A stretch of 64,000 bases of DNA from a virus. Lineage: Duplodnaviria > Caudoviricetes. Shown here piece after piece: positions 1 to 11,300 of this stretch; within the stretch, counting starts at the first letter, position 1; every line of letters starts with the position of its first letter. The stretch spans positions 32,001 to 96,000 of the IMG/VR virus record IMGVR_UViG_2541047295_000015. One strand, given 5' to 3'. Made by a program: the position numbers and the translations under genes. The notes beneath the pieces are model-generated. The model saw only the letters and a program-made list of their open reading frames with translations. It was not told the DNA's origin and searched no databases.

Positions 1-1
1 T

Positions 2-3000
2 TTAAGTGATGATTCAGGTCAAGCTAATGTAAATCAAATAATAGATAGTTTAAAACAAAAGTATGAAGAAGTGCCAAAAAAGGTTATTACAATAATTCAA
101 GCAAATCCTACCACAACATTACAAGAAGCTGATTCATTAAAACAAATGTATGATAGATTTCCAAAAGAAATAAATACTATCATAGAACAAAAGGGTGCAG
201 ATGAGGGTGGCAAAAAGGTATTAGAGTTAACTTCTAAATATAAGAAGATACCATCTAAGCTTAGAACTAGTTTAGAAACAGATGGTGTTGGACTGGAAAA
301 AGCTGTACAAATCTCAGAAATATACAATAAAATACCACCAGAACTAAAGACATACCTATTAGCTGATGGGAAAGATGCTTTATATAATGCTACAAGTTTA
401 AAAGATGCATTAGAACATATCCCGAAAGAGAAAATAACTGAAATATATTTAAATAAAAATGAAAATAACTTTGGGATACAAGATCTAATAACCTCATTAG
501 ATAAAATTCCTATGAGTAAAGAAGTAAGAATTGACATCTATAAAGCGTTAACAGAAGGGGATATAGACGCTCTAGGTAAAGCCATTGAAAGCCTACCACC
601 AGATAAAAGAGTAGAAGTAATTGCCGAAATAGAAAAAGCTAAAGATGATATTAAAACTATTAGTTCTTCTGAAATAGCAAATAAAATTTTTACTATAGAG
701 GTTAAGGATTTAGCATCAGATACTATTGAGTGGATTCAAAATAAGCTAAAAGAAATAAAGGGTGACAAAGATAAAAAAGACCCTGTCAAAGATGCGAAAA
801 ATTCTACTGAAGAAGCTATAGGAAAATCTTCAAGCAATAAAAATCCTTTAAAATCAAAAGTAAAAGAAGCTAATGATGTAGTTGACCATATATTAAATAC
901 TCCTGTTACAAAAGAAATTAAACTACAGGTAGAAAATAGAGACTTTAAAAAACAATTAGATTCAATTACACAACTTGATGGTAGGGATGAAGTAAAATTA
1001 AAACTTGAATCTTCAGGTGTGAATATAGAACAGGTAGGAGTATTTTTAGATACAATAAAGAATCTCCCTACAAGTTCAACATTTACAAATAAATTTATAG
1101 TTGATAATGTAGATAGTTTAAAAGGATTAAAAGATTATCAAGCTGTAGTTGAATGGATTAAAAATAATCCTACAATGGCAATGGACTATGATATCAATAT
1201 AAATAATTTAGAAAACTTTGATGAGCTAAAAGAAGTCTATACTAGTTTAGATACAAAAGAGAAAAAACAAGTATTTGCGGAATTTGTAATTAACAATCCA
1301 AATAAATTAGAAGAATTTCAAGAATTATATAGTAAGACTCCCGAAGATACTAAAACTACTGTTATTAATTTTGCTGTTGAAAATGCAGATAAATTAAGAA
1401 GTGCAATTGATTTATATAATACTACACCAGAAGAGCAAAAAGATAAAGTTTTAAATTTTATATTGAATAATCCAGATAAGTTATATTTAATTCAAAGTCT
1501 TTATGATGACTTTCCTGATAATAAAGATATTATAGCCAACCTTATAGTAAATAATCCAGAAGCATTAGATGAGGTTGAGAAATTAAATGCTTTAGATTTA
1601 AATAAAGATGTAAAAATAAACATAATAAAATCTCTTGCAAATGGAGATATTGATTCATTAGTTGAGGAAATAGATAAATTGCCTCCTGATAAACAAGTTG
1701 AAGTAATTGCAGCGGTAGAAGGAGCTATTGCTGGGATAGATAGTGTTGATAAAAAAACACTAAGTCCTAAATGGGCTAAATTAAAAGCAGATGCAACTGA
1801 CGCAAATAATAAAATCAACCAAACTGAGAATAAAAAGATAAGCGACAAAAGCTTCAATATTATAGGTCATGTTAGTATAATTTCAAAAGTAACAAGTGGA
1901 CTTGTTGACCTTGCTCATAATGCTGGGCTTGGTGGAGGAAAGAGTGATAGGAAAAGTGTACAATCCATAAATTCTATAGAAACTCCACAACCAATTCCAG
2001 CAAATCTATCCCAACCTAGAACATCAGAACCAGTACCAATAAGTGACGAAACTCCTGTAACAAAGCCATCCTTATTCTCAAGAGCAGTATCAAGAGCCAC
2101 GGCACCGATAAAGGCTCTTAAAACATTAACTCAAGACACTCCAATAGATAAAAATTTTGATGCTATTATAAAATATGAAATAGAGTTATTTAAAGAATTA
2201 GAGAACCAACTTTCAAAAGTAACAAATGAACTATCATTGCTAGATAAGCAAATGAAAAATGCTACTAATGAGCAGAAACTCAATTATCTTAAAAAACAAA
2301 ATGAACTATATAAAGAGCAGGAAAGACTTTTAAATAGAAAAGAAGCTCTTACAAAAGATGAAGCAAATAGATTTAAAAAGGTATTGAGTGATAAAGGTTT
2401 CAAGTTTAATTCTGATGGAAACATGACAAATTATGAAGAGTTATCTATAAAAAAAGAAAAAGAATTAGCTAAACTTGAAGCAGAGGCAAATAAAGAGAAA
2501 GCATCTGATAAGACTAAGAAGAAATATGAAGATGCAAAAAAAGCTTGGGATGAAACTAAGAAATATCGTGATGAATATTTAGATATCATGTTTACTGAAC
2601 TACCAAAAGTAGTTGAAGAAAAACAAGAAGTGGTAAATGCTACAAAAGATATAGAAAAAGCAGAGCGAGATTTAAGAAATGAGGCTTGGAAGCTACATAA
2701 AGAATCTGAATGGACATCTATGAATAGAGATGTTGAAGAAGTTAATAATCAACTTGAATTGTTAGATGTACTAATGGGGAATGCCTTTGGTGTTGAAAAA
2801 AATGATTTACTTCAACAGAAACTAGATTTATTAGAAAAACAGAAAAAAGAAATGAGTGAAACTACGTCTTACATGAAACAAGTCAAAATGAAATAAAGGG
2901 TAAACTTCAAGGTTTTGGATTTCAATTTAGAGATGATGGTACAATAACTAACTACATTCAACAACTAGACAAGTTATTCCAAAGTAATGATAACTTTGAT

Positions 3001-3960
3001 GAAGCAAAAGAATTGGTTGATGCTTATTTAGATTTAATGATGGATAAAATTCCTGATGCCGAAAAAGAAATGGCTAAGTTAGATGCTACAATTAAAGCAG
3101 CATTAAAAGAAAAGTTAGAAACTACTAAAGAAATAGAAGATGAGATAACTAAAGTTTATGAAAAGCAAATTGAAGAACGTAAGAAACAGATAGACGATGA
3201 GCTTAAAAAACGTCTTGATGCACTTAATAAAGAAAAAGAAGCCTACAATAAAGCTAGAGATAAAGCAGATTATCAGCGTGATTATGATGATAAATCAAAA
3301 GAAATAGAGGAACTTCAAAAGAAATTAGATATTGCTGAAAGAGATAGCTCACTATCAGGACAAAAGAAAGTACAGGAATTAAGAAAAGAATTAGAAGAGG
3401 CTAAGAGAGCATTAGAAGATTTAGTTCAAGACCAGATTGATAAAGATGTAAATGATATGTATGATGATGAAAGTGATAGACTACAAGATGAAGCAGATAA
3501 AGCTAAAGAAGATTTGGATAATAAGTATACTAAAGAAGAATTAGCTAGATTAATCAAAGAAGCATTAAATACAGGATTATTTACAGATATAAATGGTGAG
3601 GTTCATGATTTACAACAAACATTGCTTGATTTTGCTGATAAGTATGGTGATGGATTAGGGGCTACAGGGGCTATTATAAAAAGTGAATTAGTTGGTAATC
3701 TTGAAATTGCTAAAAAAGTAATGGAGGATATGTTAGATATTCAAGATAAATTAGGTGTTGGTGAATATAGCAATTATTCAGTACCTAGAGGTCGTAGTTA
3801 TCAACCTCAACAATCTAATCAAAATCAATTTAATTACAATGCTCCATTAGTTAGTGTACAAGGTACTATGAATAGGGATATATTAAAAGAAGTAGAAAAA
3901 ATGATTAAAAAGTCTCAAGATGAACTTGCCAAAGAAATAGTAAGAAAAACTAAATATTAA
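2..3960 (+). pseudogene. Tail tape-measure-like protein, C-terminal part, interrupted by a 1-nt frameshift near 2880 (ORFs 71..2896 and 3013..3960)
   Basis: Frame open from base 2. Long helical/coiled-coil protein upstream of tail genes. The second frame is open from 2881 (SQNEIKGKLQGFGFQFRDDGTITNY), echoing KGFKFNSDGNMTNY earlier; one extra A at ATGAAACAAGTC joins the two ORFs. Confidence 0.75.
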
Positions 3961-4013
3961 AATATTATGGATTTTTATTTTAAAAAAGTTATTTAATTAG
4001 AATAATGACAACA

Positions 4014-4043
4014 TTGACAGTTGTGACAATATTGGAGTATAAT
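4014..4043 (+). promoter_or_regulatory. sigmaA promoter TTGACA-18-TATAAT for antitoxin RNA 1
   Basis: Consensus hexamers at 4014-4019 and 4038-4043. Confidence 0.75.
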
Positions 4044-4049
4044 TATGAT

Positions 4050-4204
4050 ATAAATGATATAAAATTTATATCATAAAGACAAAAAGAGACTACAAACTAT
4101 TTGCAGTAGGGTGTAGTTTTTGAAGTTAACAATAAAAAAAATAATAGATTTATGTATTACTTTCAGAATCACTAGACCCTCCAGTCTGGTGATTCTTTAG
4201 TTTT
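4050..4204 (+). ncRNA. Type I antitoxin antisense RNA (TA locus 1), approximate ends
   Basis: Consensus promoter upstream; terminator hairpin agaatcactagac-cctcca-gtctggtgattct+T (4165-4204) overlaps the 3' end of the toxin ORF on the opposite strand. Confidence 0.7.
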
Positions 4205-4311
4205 CTAATAGATGCTTTCAAATTTAAGATTGCATCTATCAGCTTTGTCAAATGATTTATTATTCTCGTAATCATAATTATCATTATTAAAAATAAAACT
4301 AAGTACTCCAT
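4150..4311 (-). CDS. Type I toxin-like small membrane peptide, 53 aa (MEYLVLFLIMIIMITRIINHLTKLIDAILNLKASIRKLKNHQTGGSSDSESNT)
   Basis: Translated by hand. RBS AAAGGGGGTGAG; hydrophobic N-terminus and basic tail; own promoter TTCAAC-17-TATAAT (4415-4387) with extended TG; convergent antisense RNA. Confidence 0.75.
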   Translation of the reverse strand: MEYLVLFLIMIIMITRIINHLTKLIDAILNLKASIRKLKNHQTGGSSDSESNT

Positions 4312-4510
4312 AGTCTCACCCCCTTTCCTGGGGATTTTAACTAAAGAGCCATCACCCTAATAGTCTAAACTGTAGTCTCTAAAATCATTATACCATAATT
4401 TACCACGATGTTGAATTTAATATTATATTGACTACGGCAGTAGAATAAAGATATAATATAAAGAACAGAAAATTAAAAATATTTTACATAAAGATTAACT
4501 ACTCACTTTA

Positions 4511-4536
4511 AGCCACTTTAAACAAGTGGCTATTTT
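4511..4536 (+). terminator. Intrinsic terminator-like hairpin agccactt-taaac-aagtggct
   Basis: 8-bp stem followed by T-rich tract. Confidence 0.6.
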
Positions 4537-4570
4537 CTTGCACAAAAATTAATAAAGAAGGTGATAAAAT

Positions 4571-6244
4571 ATGGATTTTAATGTGAATCTCAAACAAATC
4601 CAAAGAGAGTATAATATAACCCTCCACAAAGTTAACAAAGAAATTCTAGGTGAAATTCCAATAGAATTTATAGATAGTTTAACTCGTAGCATTGATGGTA
4701 CAGATGAAATTCAATTTACCATACCAAAATTTATAACAAATCGCTTTTCATTCCAAAAAATAATAAATCCATTGTATTATGAAGTAAGTAATGAACGATT
4801 TATATGTGTAGATAATAAAGAGTATTTTGTAATAAAAGAAATAAAAGAAGATGGACATAAAAATAAAGTTATTAGAGCAACATCAGCAGAAGTTAAACTG
4901 GGTAAGATAAATTTAAACATTGAAGATATGGGACTACAGCTATTTACAGAAGATAAGGATGCTGGAATAATAAGTCTCAATGATTATATGAAAGAAGAAA
5001 CTGGATGGACTTTAGGTAATGTAGATGATTCAATAGGTTATGAAACTACTGATACAGGAGAAAAAAGAGAGAAAGTAAGGTGGCAAGAAAGTGTAGATAG
5101 TAATTGGCATGATTTTTTAATTAATGATATTAAAGAGGAATTTGGATGTGTAGTTCAGTTTGACACATATAACAAAAAAGTACACCTATATGATGTAGAT
5201 AGCTTTGGAGACAATATAGAATTAGTATTATCTTATGATAACTATATAAAATCACATGAAAAGACTAGAAATTCAGATGAAATAGTCACTAGAATGACTT
5301 TAGTTGGAAATGAAGAGATGGACATTATTGGAGCTACTGTAACAGGATATAAATATATTGAAAACTATTCATATTTCTTAGAAAATAGCGAAATGAGTAA
5401 AGATTTAATAACTGCAATACTTAAGTATAATGAGATGATTAAATTAAGAGAAGTTGAGTGGTTAAAATTAATAGATGAAAAGAATAAAAAGAAAAAAGAA
5501 TTACGAGACAATAAAAATAAACTCCAAATAATCTATTCTACCATCAATGCACTATATAGTATTAAAAAGACATATGAGACAAATAAGGATACTATTAATG
5601 CTGCCAAGGTAGCAGCAGATATAACTAAGAATAATGATGAAAAAGTAATACTTGAAGTAACTATAAAAAATTTAGAACAACAAGTACTGGAATTAGAAGA
5701 TAGTATAAAACAAATAAACATATTGTGTAAGAGAGAAACCTCAACTGATGAAAATGGACAATTAATCTTTAATGAAATATTACTAGAAGAATTAAAAGAA
5801 TTTATTTATTGTGATACTTATACGAATGATTCATTTTTGAAGGTTGAAGACTTAATTAAAACAGGAAAAAGAGAGCTAGAACTTAAGTGTAGACCAACTA
5901 TTGATTGGACAATAGACTCTGTGAACTTCTTAAGTAGAATTATCAACATGGAATTTAGACAACATTGGAATGGATCATTAAGTGTGGGTGACATAATTAT
6001 ATTCTATGATAGAGCAGAAGGCACTGAGGACATAATATATTTTGTTGGATATACACAAAACTTTAAAGATGGAAGTTTAAATTTGGATTTATCTAATAAG
6101 AAATTAAAGGAAGATAATACAAGAACTATTTCCGATTATTTAACTAAATCAAAACATACTATGGATTCAGTTAATAAGAAAAAGTACTTACTCAATAGAC
6201 AAAAATTCAATAGAATGAATGTCCCAGAAAGTGTGGTGTCCTAA
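4571..6244 (+). CDS. Phage tail (Tal/hub, prophage endopeptidase-tail-like) protein
   Basis: 557 aa, RBS aaggtga, motifs EIVTRMTLVG and LSVGDII; position after tape measure. Confidence 0.7.
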   Translation: MDFNVNLKQIQREYNITLHKVNKEILGEIPIEFIDSLTRSIDGTDEIQFTIPKFITNRFSFQKIINPLYYEVSNERFICVDNKEYFVIKEIKEDGHKNKVIRATSAEVKLGKINLNIEDMGLQLFTEDKDAGIISLNDYMKEETGWTLGNVDDSIGYETTDTGEKREKVRWQESVDSNWHDFLINDIKEEFGCVVQFDTYNKKVHLYDVDSFGDNIELVLSYDNYIKSHEKTRNSDEIVTRMTLVGNEEMDIIGATVTGYKYIENYSYFLENSEMSKDLITAILKYNEMIKLREVEWLKLIDEKNKKKKELRDNKNKLQIIYSTINALYSIKKTYETNKDTINAAKVAADITKNNDEKVILEVTIKNLEQQVLELEDSIKQINILCKRETSTDENGQLIFNEILLEELKEFIYCDTYTNDSFLKVEDLIKTGKRELELKCRPTIDWTIDSVNFLSRIINMEFRQHWNGSLSVGDIIIFYDRAEGTEDIIYFVGYTQNFKDGSLNLDLSNKKLKEDNTRTISDYLTKSKHTMDSVNKKKYLLNRQKFNRMNVPESVVS

Positions 6245-8181
6245 TGGCAATATATGATAATAGTTATACACTAAGTTATATAAGAATAACAGGATGTATA
6301 GTGACTTATAATGAAGAGGTTTATACTGTACAAAATGAATCAACAAATAGAAAGTATATATACTGGAACGCAAACAACCCTTATAAACTTGAAACTTCTA
6401 ATTTAATGTTAGATAGAAGTAATACAAGATTTTTAATAGTTATAAATGATAATGGAATTCATACTGAGGTACCTAATGATAGTGATATATTTAGTATAAA
6501 TTATGATGGAGATTCTCAAAAAAACATAGAGAAAGAGATCTATGCTTTATATGAAACAGATAAAGCACTTGGAGATAGATTTATTTCTGTTGAAAAAGAT
6601 TTAGATGGAATACGACAAACAGTTGGAGATGTAAAAGAATATACTAGTTATATTAAAGAGAATATTTCAGTTATAGATCAAAAAGCAGATAACATAAATA
6701 TATTTGTAAAGGAAGCAACTAAAAATTTTAATGACTCTAAGGAGCTTAGTAAATTAAGAGAAGATACAAATAACCTTATAATTAAGCTTAATTCTGATTT
6801 AGGATTATTTAATTCTAATATTAATGAATACTTTAGAGATGATGAAATTACAGATATTGAAAAAGCTCAAATATCTACACAAATAAGTTTATTAGATACA
6901 GACAAATCTAATTTATACACTCAAATACAAAAAATAATTGATAGATGCCAATCAAATAGTGATAGTACAAGTATTGCTGCAATTAACAGTTCTAAAACAG
7001 CTTTAGACAATGCGCATAATAATCTTAAAACAATAATCAATTCAGTTATATCTGATAATATAATCACTCCTTCAGATGTAATTCTAGTTACAAATGGATT
7101 TGCAAAGTATAATTTAAGGGTTAATGAACTAAAAAATACCCTTGATGGAGTATTCCTTAAAGGCATGGGAGGAAGTGTTTCAGAAGAATTTGCACAAATA
7201 AATGTAAAAGCCAATGAAATAGCTTTGAGTGTGAAAAAACTTGATACTAATGTTGGAGAAATGAGTTCTGAAATTAGGTTAATGGCAGGAGAAATTGCTT
7301 CAAAGGTTTCAGAAGGTGAAATTTCTTCAATTATAAGGCAATCACCTACAGATATAAGAATTGGATTTAATAAGATAGCTGATTCTGTTGTTATAAATTC
7401 TAGTGGTTTAACAGTAAATCAAGGAGCTATAGCATGCGATATATTAACTACTCCGTCTGGTCATGAACCAATAATACGATTATTTGGGAGTAGTAGGTCT
7501 GGATTTGCAATAGATGCAAGACAATCAGATGGTGCTAGTCAAGCATCAGCTATAAGACTTAAATATGATAGTAATAATTATTTTTGGGTAGGATATGATA
7601 CGGCTGAAATATATGTTGATGGAGAAGAACATCTTATAGTTGAAAGGGATGATACTTTTGTAAGATGTGGAGGAGCTAAATTTACATTTACAAATGGAGA
7701 TAGATTAGGTATAGGATATTCATTTTATCCAGAACGCTCATCAACTGATTTAGGTTGTGATGGCCACAAATGGAGGTATTTATATGCTCGTTCTACTCTA
7801 AATGAATCTGATAAAAAATTTAAAGAAAATATAGTATACATAAAAGACATTAAAAATAGATCTCGTTCAAGTATCACGCCAACACCATTCTTAGATTTTA
7901 TAAAAGATGAATTTAAACCAGCGACATTTGATTATATAGCAGAAAATGATAGAACACTTGCAGATAGTCAAATAGGCTTTATAGCAAATGATTTTAAGGA
8001 TAATAATATTGGAAAAACATTTTTATATGATTATGGTGAAGAAAAAGGATTATTATTTAGCCCTACAGGATATACAACCGTTGTTGCTACTGCACTTCAA
8101 GAAGAAATACAAAAAAGAGAAGAATTAGAAATGATAGTTAGTGAATTAAATGAGAAAGTAAATATATTAGGAGGGAAATAA
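6244..8181 (+). CDS. Tail spike/central fibre with C-terminal intramolecular chaperone (peptidase S74-like)
   Basis: Coiled-coil middle; NESDKKFKENI...QIGFIAND...TALQEEIQ chaperone signature. Confidence 0.7.
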   Translation: MAIYDNSYTLSYIRITGCIVTYNEEVYTVQNESTNRKYIYWNANNPYKLETSNLMLDRSNTRFLIVINDNGIHTEVPNDSDIFSINYDGDSQKNIEKEIYALYETDKALGDRFISVEKDLDGIRQTVGDVKEYTSYIKENISVIDQKADNINIFVKEATKNFNDSKELSKLREDTNNLIIKLNSDLGLFNSNINEYFRDDEITDIEKAQISTQISLLDTDKSNLYTQIQKIIDRCQSNSDSTSIAAINSSKTALDNAHNNLKTIINSVISDNIITPSDVILVTNGFAKYNLRVNELKNTLDGVFLKGMGGSVSEEFAQINVKANEIALSVKKLDTNVGEMSSEIRLMAGEIASKVSEGEISSIIRQSPTDIRIGFNKIADSVVINSSGLTVNQGAIACDILTTPSGHEPIIRLFGSSRSGFAIDARQSDGASQASAIRLKYDSNNYFWVGYDTAEIYVDGEEHLIVERDDTFVRCGGAKFTFTNGDRLGIGYSFYPERSSTDLGCDGHKWRYLYARSTLNESDKKFKENIVYIKDIKNRSRSSITPTPFLDFIKDEFKPATFDYIAENDRTLADSQIGFIANDFKDNNIGKTFLYDYGEEKGLLFSPTGYTTVVATALQEEIQKREELEMIVSELNEKVNILGGK

Positions 8182-8182
8182 A

Positions 8183-8356
8183 ATGGAAGTAAACATACAA
8201 AATGCATACACAATAGCACTAGAAGAAATAAAAAACTTAACTAATGAAATTATAATATATAAATCATTAAATATACAACAGCAAGAAGAAATTAATAACT
8301 ACAAATTAGAAATAGATAAATTAAAAAAAAAAAAAATAAAAATCAATAGGATGTGA
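8183..8356 (+). CDS. Small coiled-coil protein, 57 aa, contains an A14 run
   Basis: RBS ggaggg; MEVNIQNAYTIALEEIKNL...; fills the gap between tail genes. Confidence 0.6.
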   Translation: MEVNIQNAYTIALEEIKNLTNEIIIYKSLNIQQQEEINNYKLEIDKLKKKKIKINRM

Positions 8357-8360
8357 TACT

Positions 8361-11300
8361 TTGAGAAATTATGAAATAAAAAATTATCCTTTAGTATTAG
8401 ATTTTAGTAACTATAGAATAAATAAAAGTCTCGTAGATTCATTTATTTATGATGAAAATGATACAAACACAGCAGTAATAACAGTAGAACTTAAAAATAA
8501 TGATAAATCAATTGATTTATCAGTTTATGATTACATAACTCTAAACATAAAAAAAAATGATGGAACAACAATTGATCAACAATGTAAGATCATAGATGAA
8601 TCTAAAGGAATAGTAGAAATAATATTTTCAAAACAAGCACTATTATGTTCAGGTCTAAACTCATTTCAAATAGCACTAATAAATGAAGAAAGTCAGATAT
8701 TCTCTCCAAAAGTTTTCTATAGAGTAGAAGAAGGCGTTTTAAATGATAGTGATATAGTAAGTTCAGATGAATACTCAGTTTTGATGATTCTTATATCTCA
8801 ATATAAAGATAGTTTAAAAGAACTGAAAGATTTAAAAATAAAAATAGAAAATCTTGAAATTACTATACTTAAAAATGAAGAATTAAGAGACTCAGCAGAA
8901 CAAGAAAGAATAGCCTCAGAAATTATTAGAAAAGATCAAGAAATTATTCGTCAAAATCAAGAAATAGAGAGACAAAAATCTATACAAGAAATGGAATCAG
9001 AAATTGATGATAAAATTACTGACATTCAATATGAATTTGATGAAAAAGCCCAACAAATAACTGATGATATCAATGAAACTAAAGAAAGTTTAATTGAAGA
9101 TATAACAAATACTAAAGATAATATAAATCAAGACATATTGACAACTAAAACTGATTTAATAAATTCAGTTAATTCTACCAAAGAAACTCTAGTTACAGAA
9201 GTAACAACAGTCAAAACTGACTTAACAAATTCATTTAATGAAACCAGAGATAATGTAATTGCTGATATTTCAACAACTAAAACTGATCTAATAAACTCAA
9301 TTAATTCTACTAAAGAAACTTTAACTACAGAAGTTACAACAGCCAAAACTGACTTAATTAATTCTGTAAATACATCTAAAGATACTATGGAAAATAAAGT
9401 ACAAGAAGCCATAGATGCGATTCCACCAAAAGACGAGTTGAAGGGTAAAGATGGACTTGGATTAGAGATAAAAGGTAGTGTAGATACTGTAGATCAGTTA
9501 CCAATAGACCCAACTATAAGCGATACTTATTTCGTTGGTTATGATCTATATATATATGATGGTGCTGAATGGAAAATAATAAAAGATTTAAGAGTTAAAG
9601 GAGATAAGGGTGATACTGGTTTAACAGGAAAAAGTATAGAGTTTATATGGGATAATACTCAGTTAGGTATTCGTCAAGAAGGATCAACTGAATATGTATA
9701 TGTAAATTTAAAAGGAGATACTGGAGAACAAGGATTATCTCCATATGATTTAGCAAAGTTAAATGGATTTGAAGGTACAGAATTAGAATGGTTAAATTCA
9801 TTAAAAGGATTGGACGGATTTACACCAACAATTGGAGGAAATGGTAATTGGTTTATTAATAATGTTGATACAGGACAATCCTCAATTGGGTTAAAAGGCG
9901 ATCAGGGAGATAAAGGTGATATTGGTATCACAGGAAAATCAGCTTATGATGTTGCTATAGAAAATGGATTTGAGGGAACAAAAGATGAATGGTTATTATC
10001 CTTAAAAGGTGAAGAAGGAGATACTCCATTAATAGGTGAAAATGGAAATTGGTTTATAAATGGAGAAGATACTGGTAAACAATCAAAAGGTGATAAGGGA
10101 GATATAGGAAGTGGTTTAGAAATAAAAGGATCTTTTGACACCATAAATGAATTACCATCAGAAGGAATAATTGGAGATGCTTATCTGGTACAACAGCACT
10201 TATATGTTTGGGACAAGATAAAGAAATGGGTGGATTGTGGTATAATTCAAGGCCCCCCTGGTAAAGATGGAGCTTCTACTTGGGATGACATATTAGACAA
10301 GCCAGAAACATTTAATCCTACAAAGCATACACACTTAATGAGTGATATAACAGGATTAAAATTGGATGCAGATACTGTCACATATAACAATAAAATTAGT
10401 AATTTAGATTCCATAAATGTTCAAAAAGCAATTGATGAATTAAAAGGGATTGTGGATAGTAAATCTGATTCTATTATGTATACCAAAATTATTGAGCAAA
10501 ATGAATGGAAACATACAAATGATTTGTACTCAATAGAAATTCCACATAATTTATCTTCTAAAAACTTATTTATTAGTATATTAAACAATGATACTAATAT
10601 AAATTTGATTTCTTCTTATAAGATAATTGATATAGATACAATTGAGATATACAATGACGAAGCAATTAATGCCACTGTTGTTGTTTTAGGAAATAGCTCT
10701 AATGTATCATATATACCAGTAATTGGAGACAATGGAAATTGGTTTATAAACAATGTTGATACAAAAAAAAGTTCTATTGGAATTACTGGTGAAAAAGGTG
10801 ATAAAGGGGAACAAGGAAATATAGGATTAACAGGTGATAATGGTAAATCAGCCTATGAAATTGCACTTGAAGATGGATTTGTTGGTTCTAAAGATGAATG
10901 GTTACTATCTTTAAAAGGTGATGAAGGTATAACACCGATGATTGGTGATAATGGTAACTGGTTTCTTGGAAATATTGATACAGGAAAAGTATCAAAGGGT
11001 GAAAAAGGTGATGTTGGAACTGGATTAGAAATAAAAGGAGCATTTGATACTGTAGAAGAGCTTCCTCAAGAAGGCAATACTGGTGATGCTTACTTAATTC
11101 AAAGACATCTATATATCTGGGATAACATAAAAAAATGGGTAGATTGTGGCGTAATTCAAGGTGAAAAAGGTGAAAATGGAACATCTAACTGGGAAAATAT
11201 ATTAAATAAACCAGACAAATTTAATCCAAGCAAGCATATTCATGCTATGGATGATATAGAAGGACTAAAGTTAAGTGCAGATACTGTTACATATAATAAT

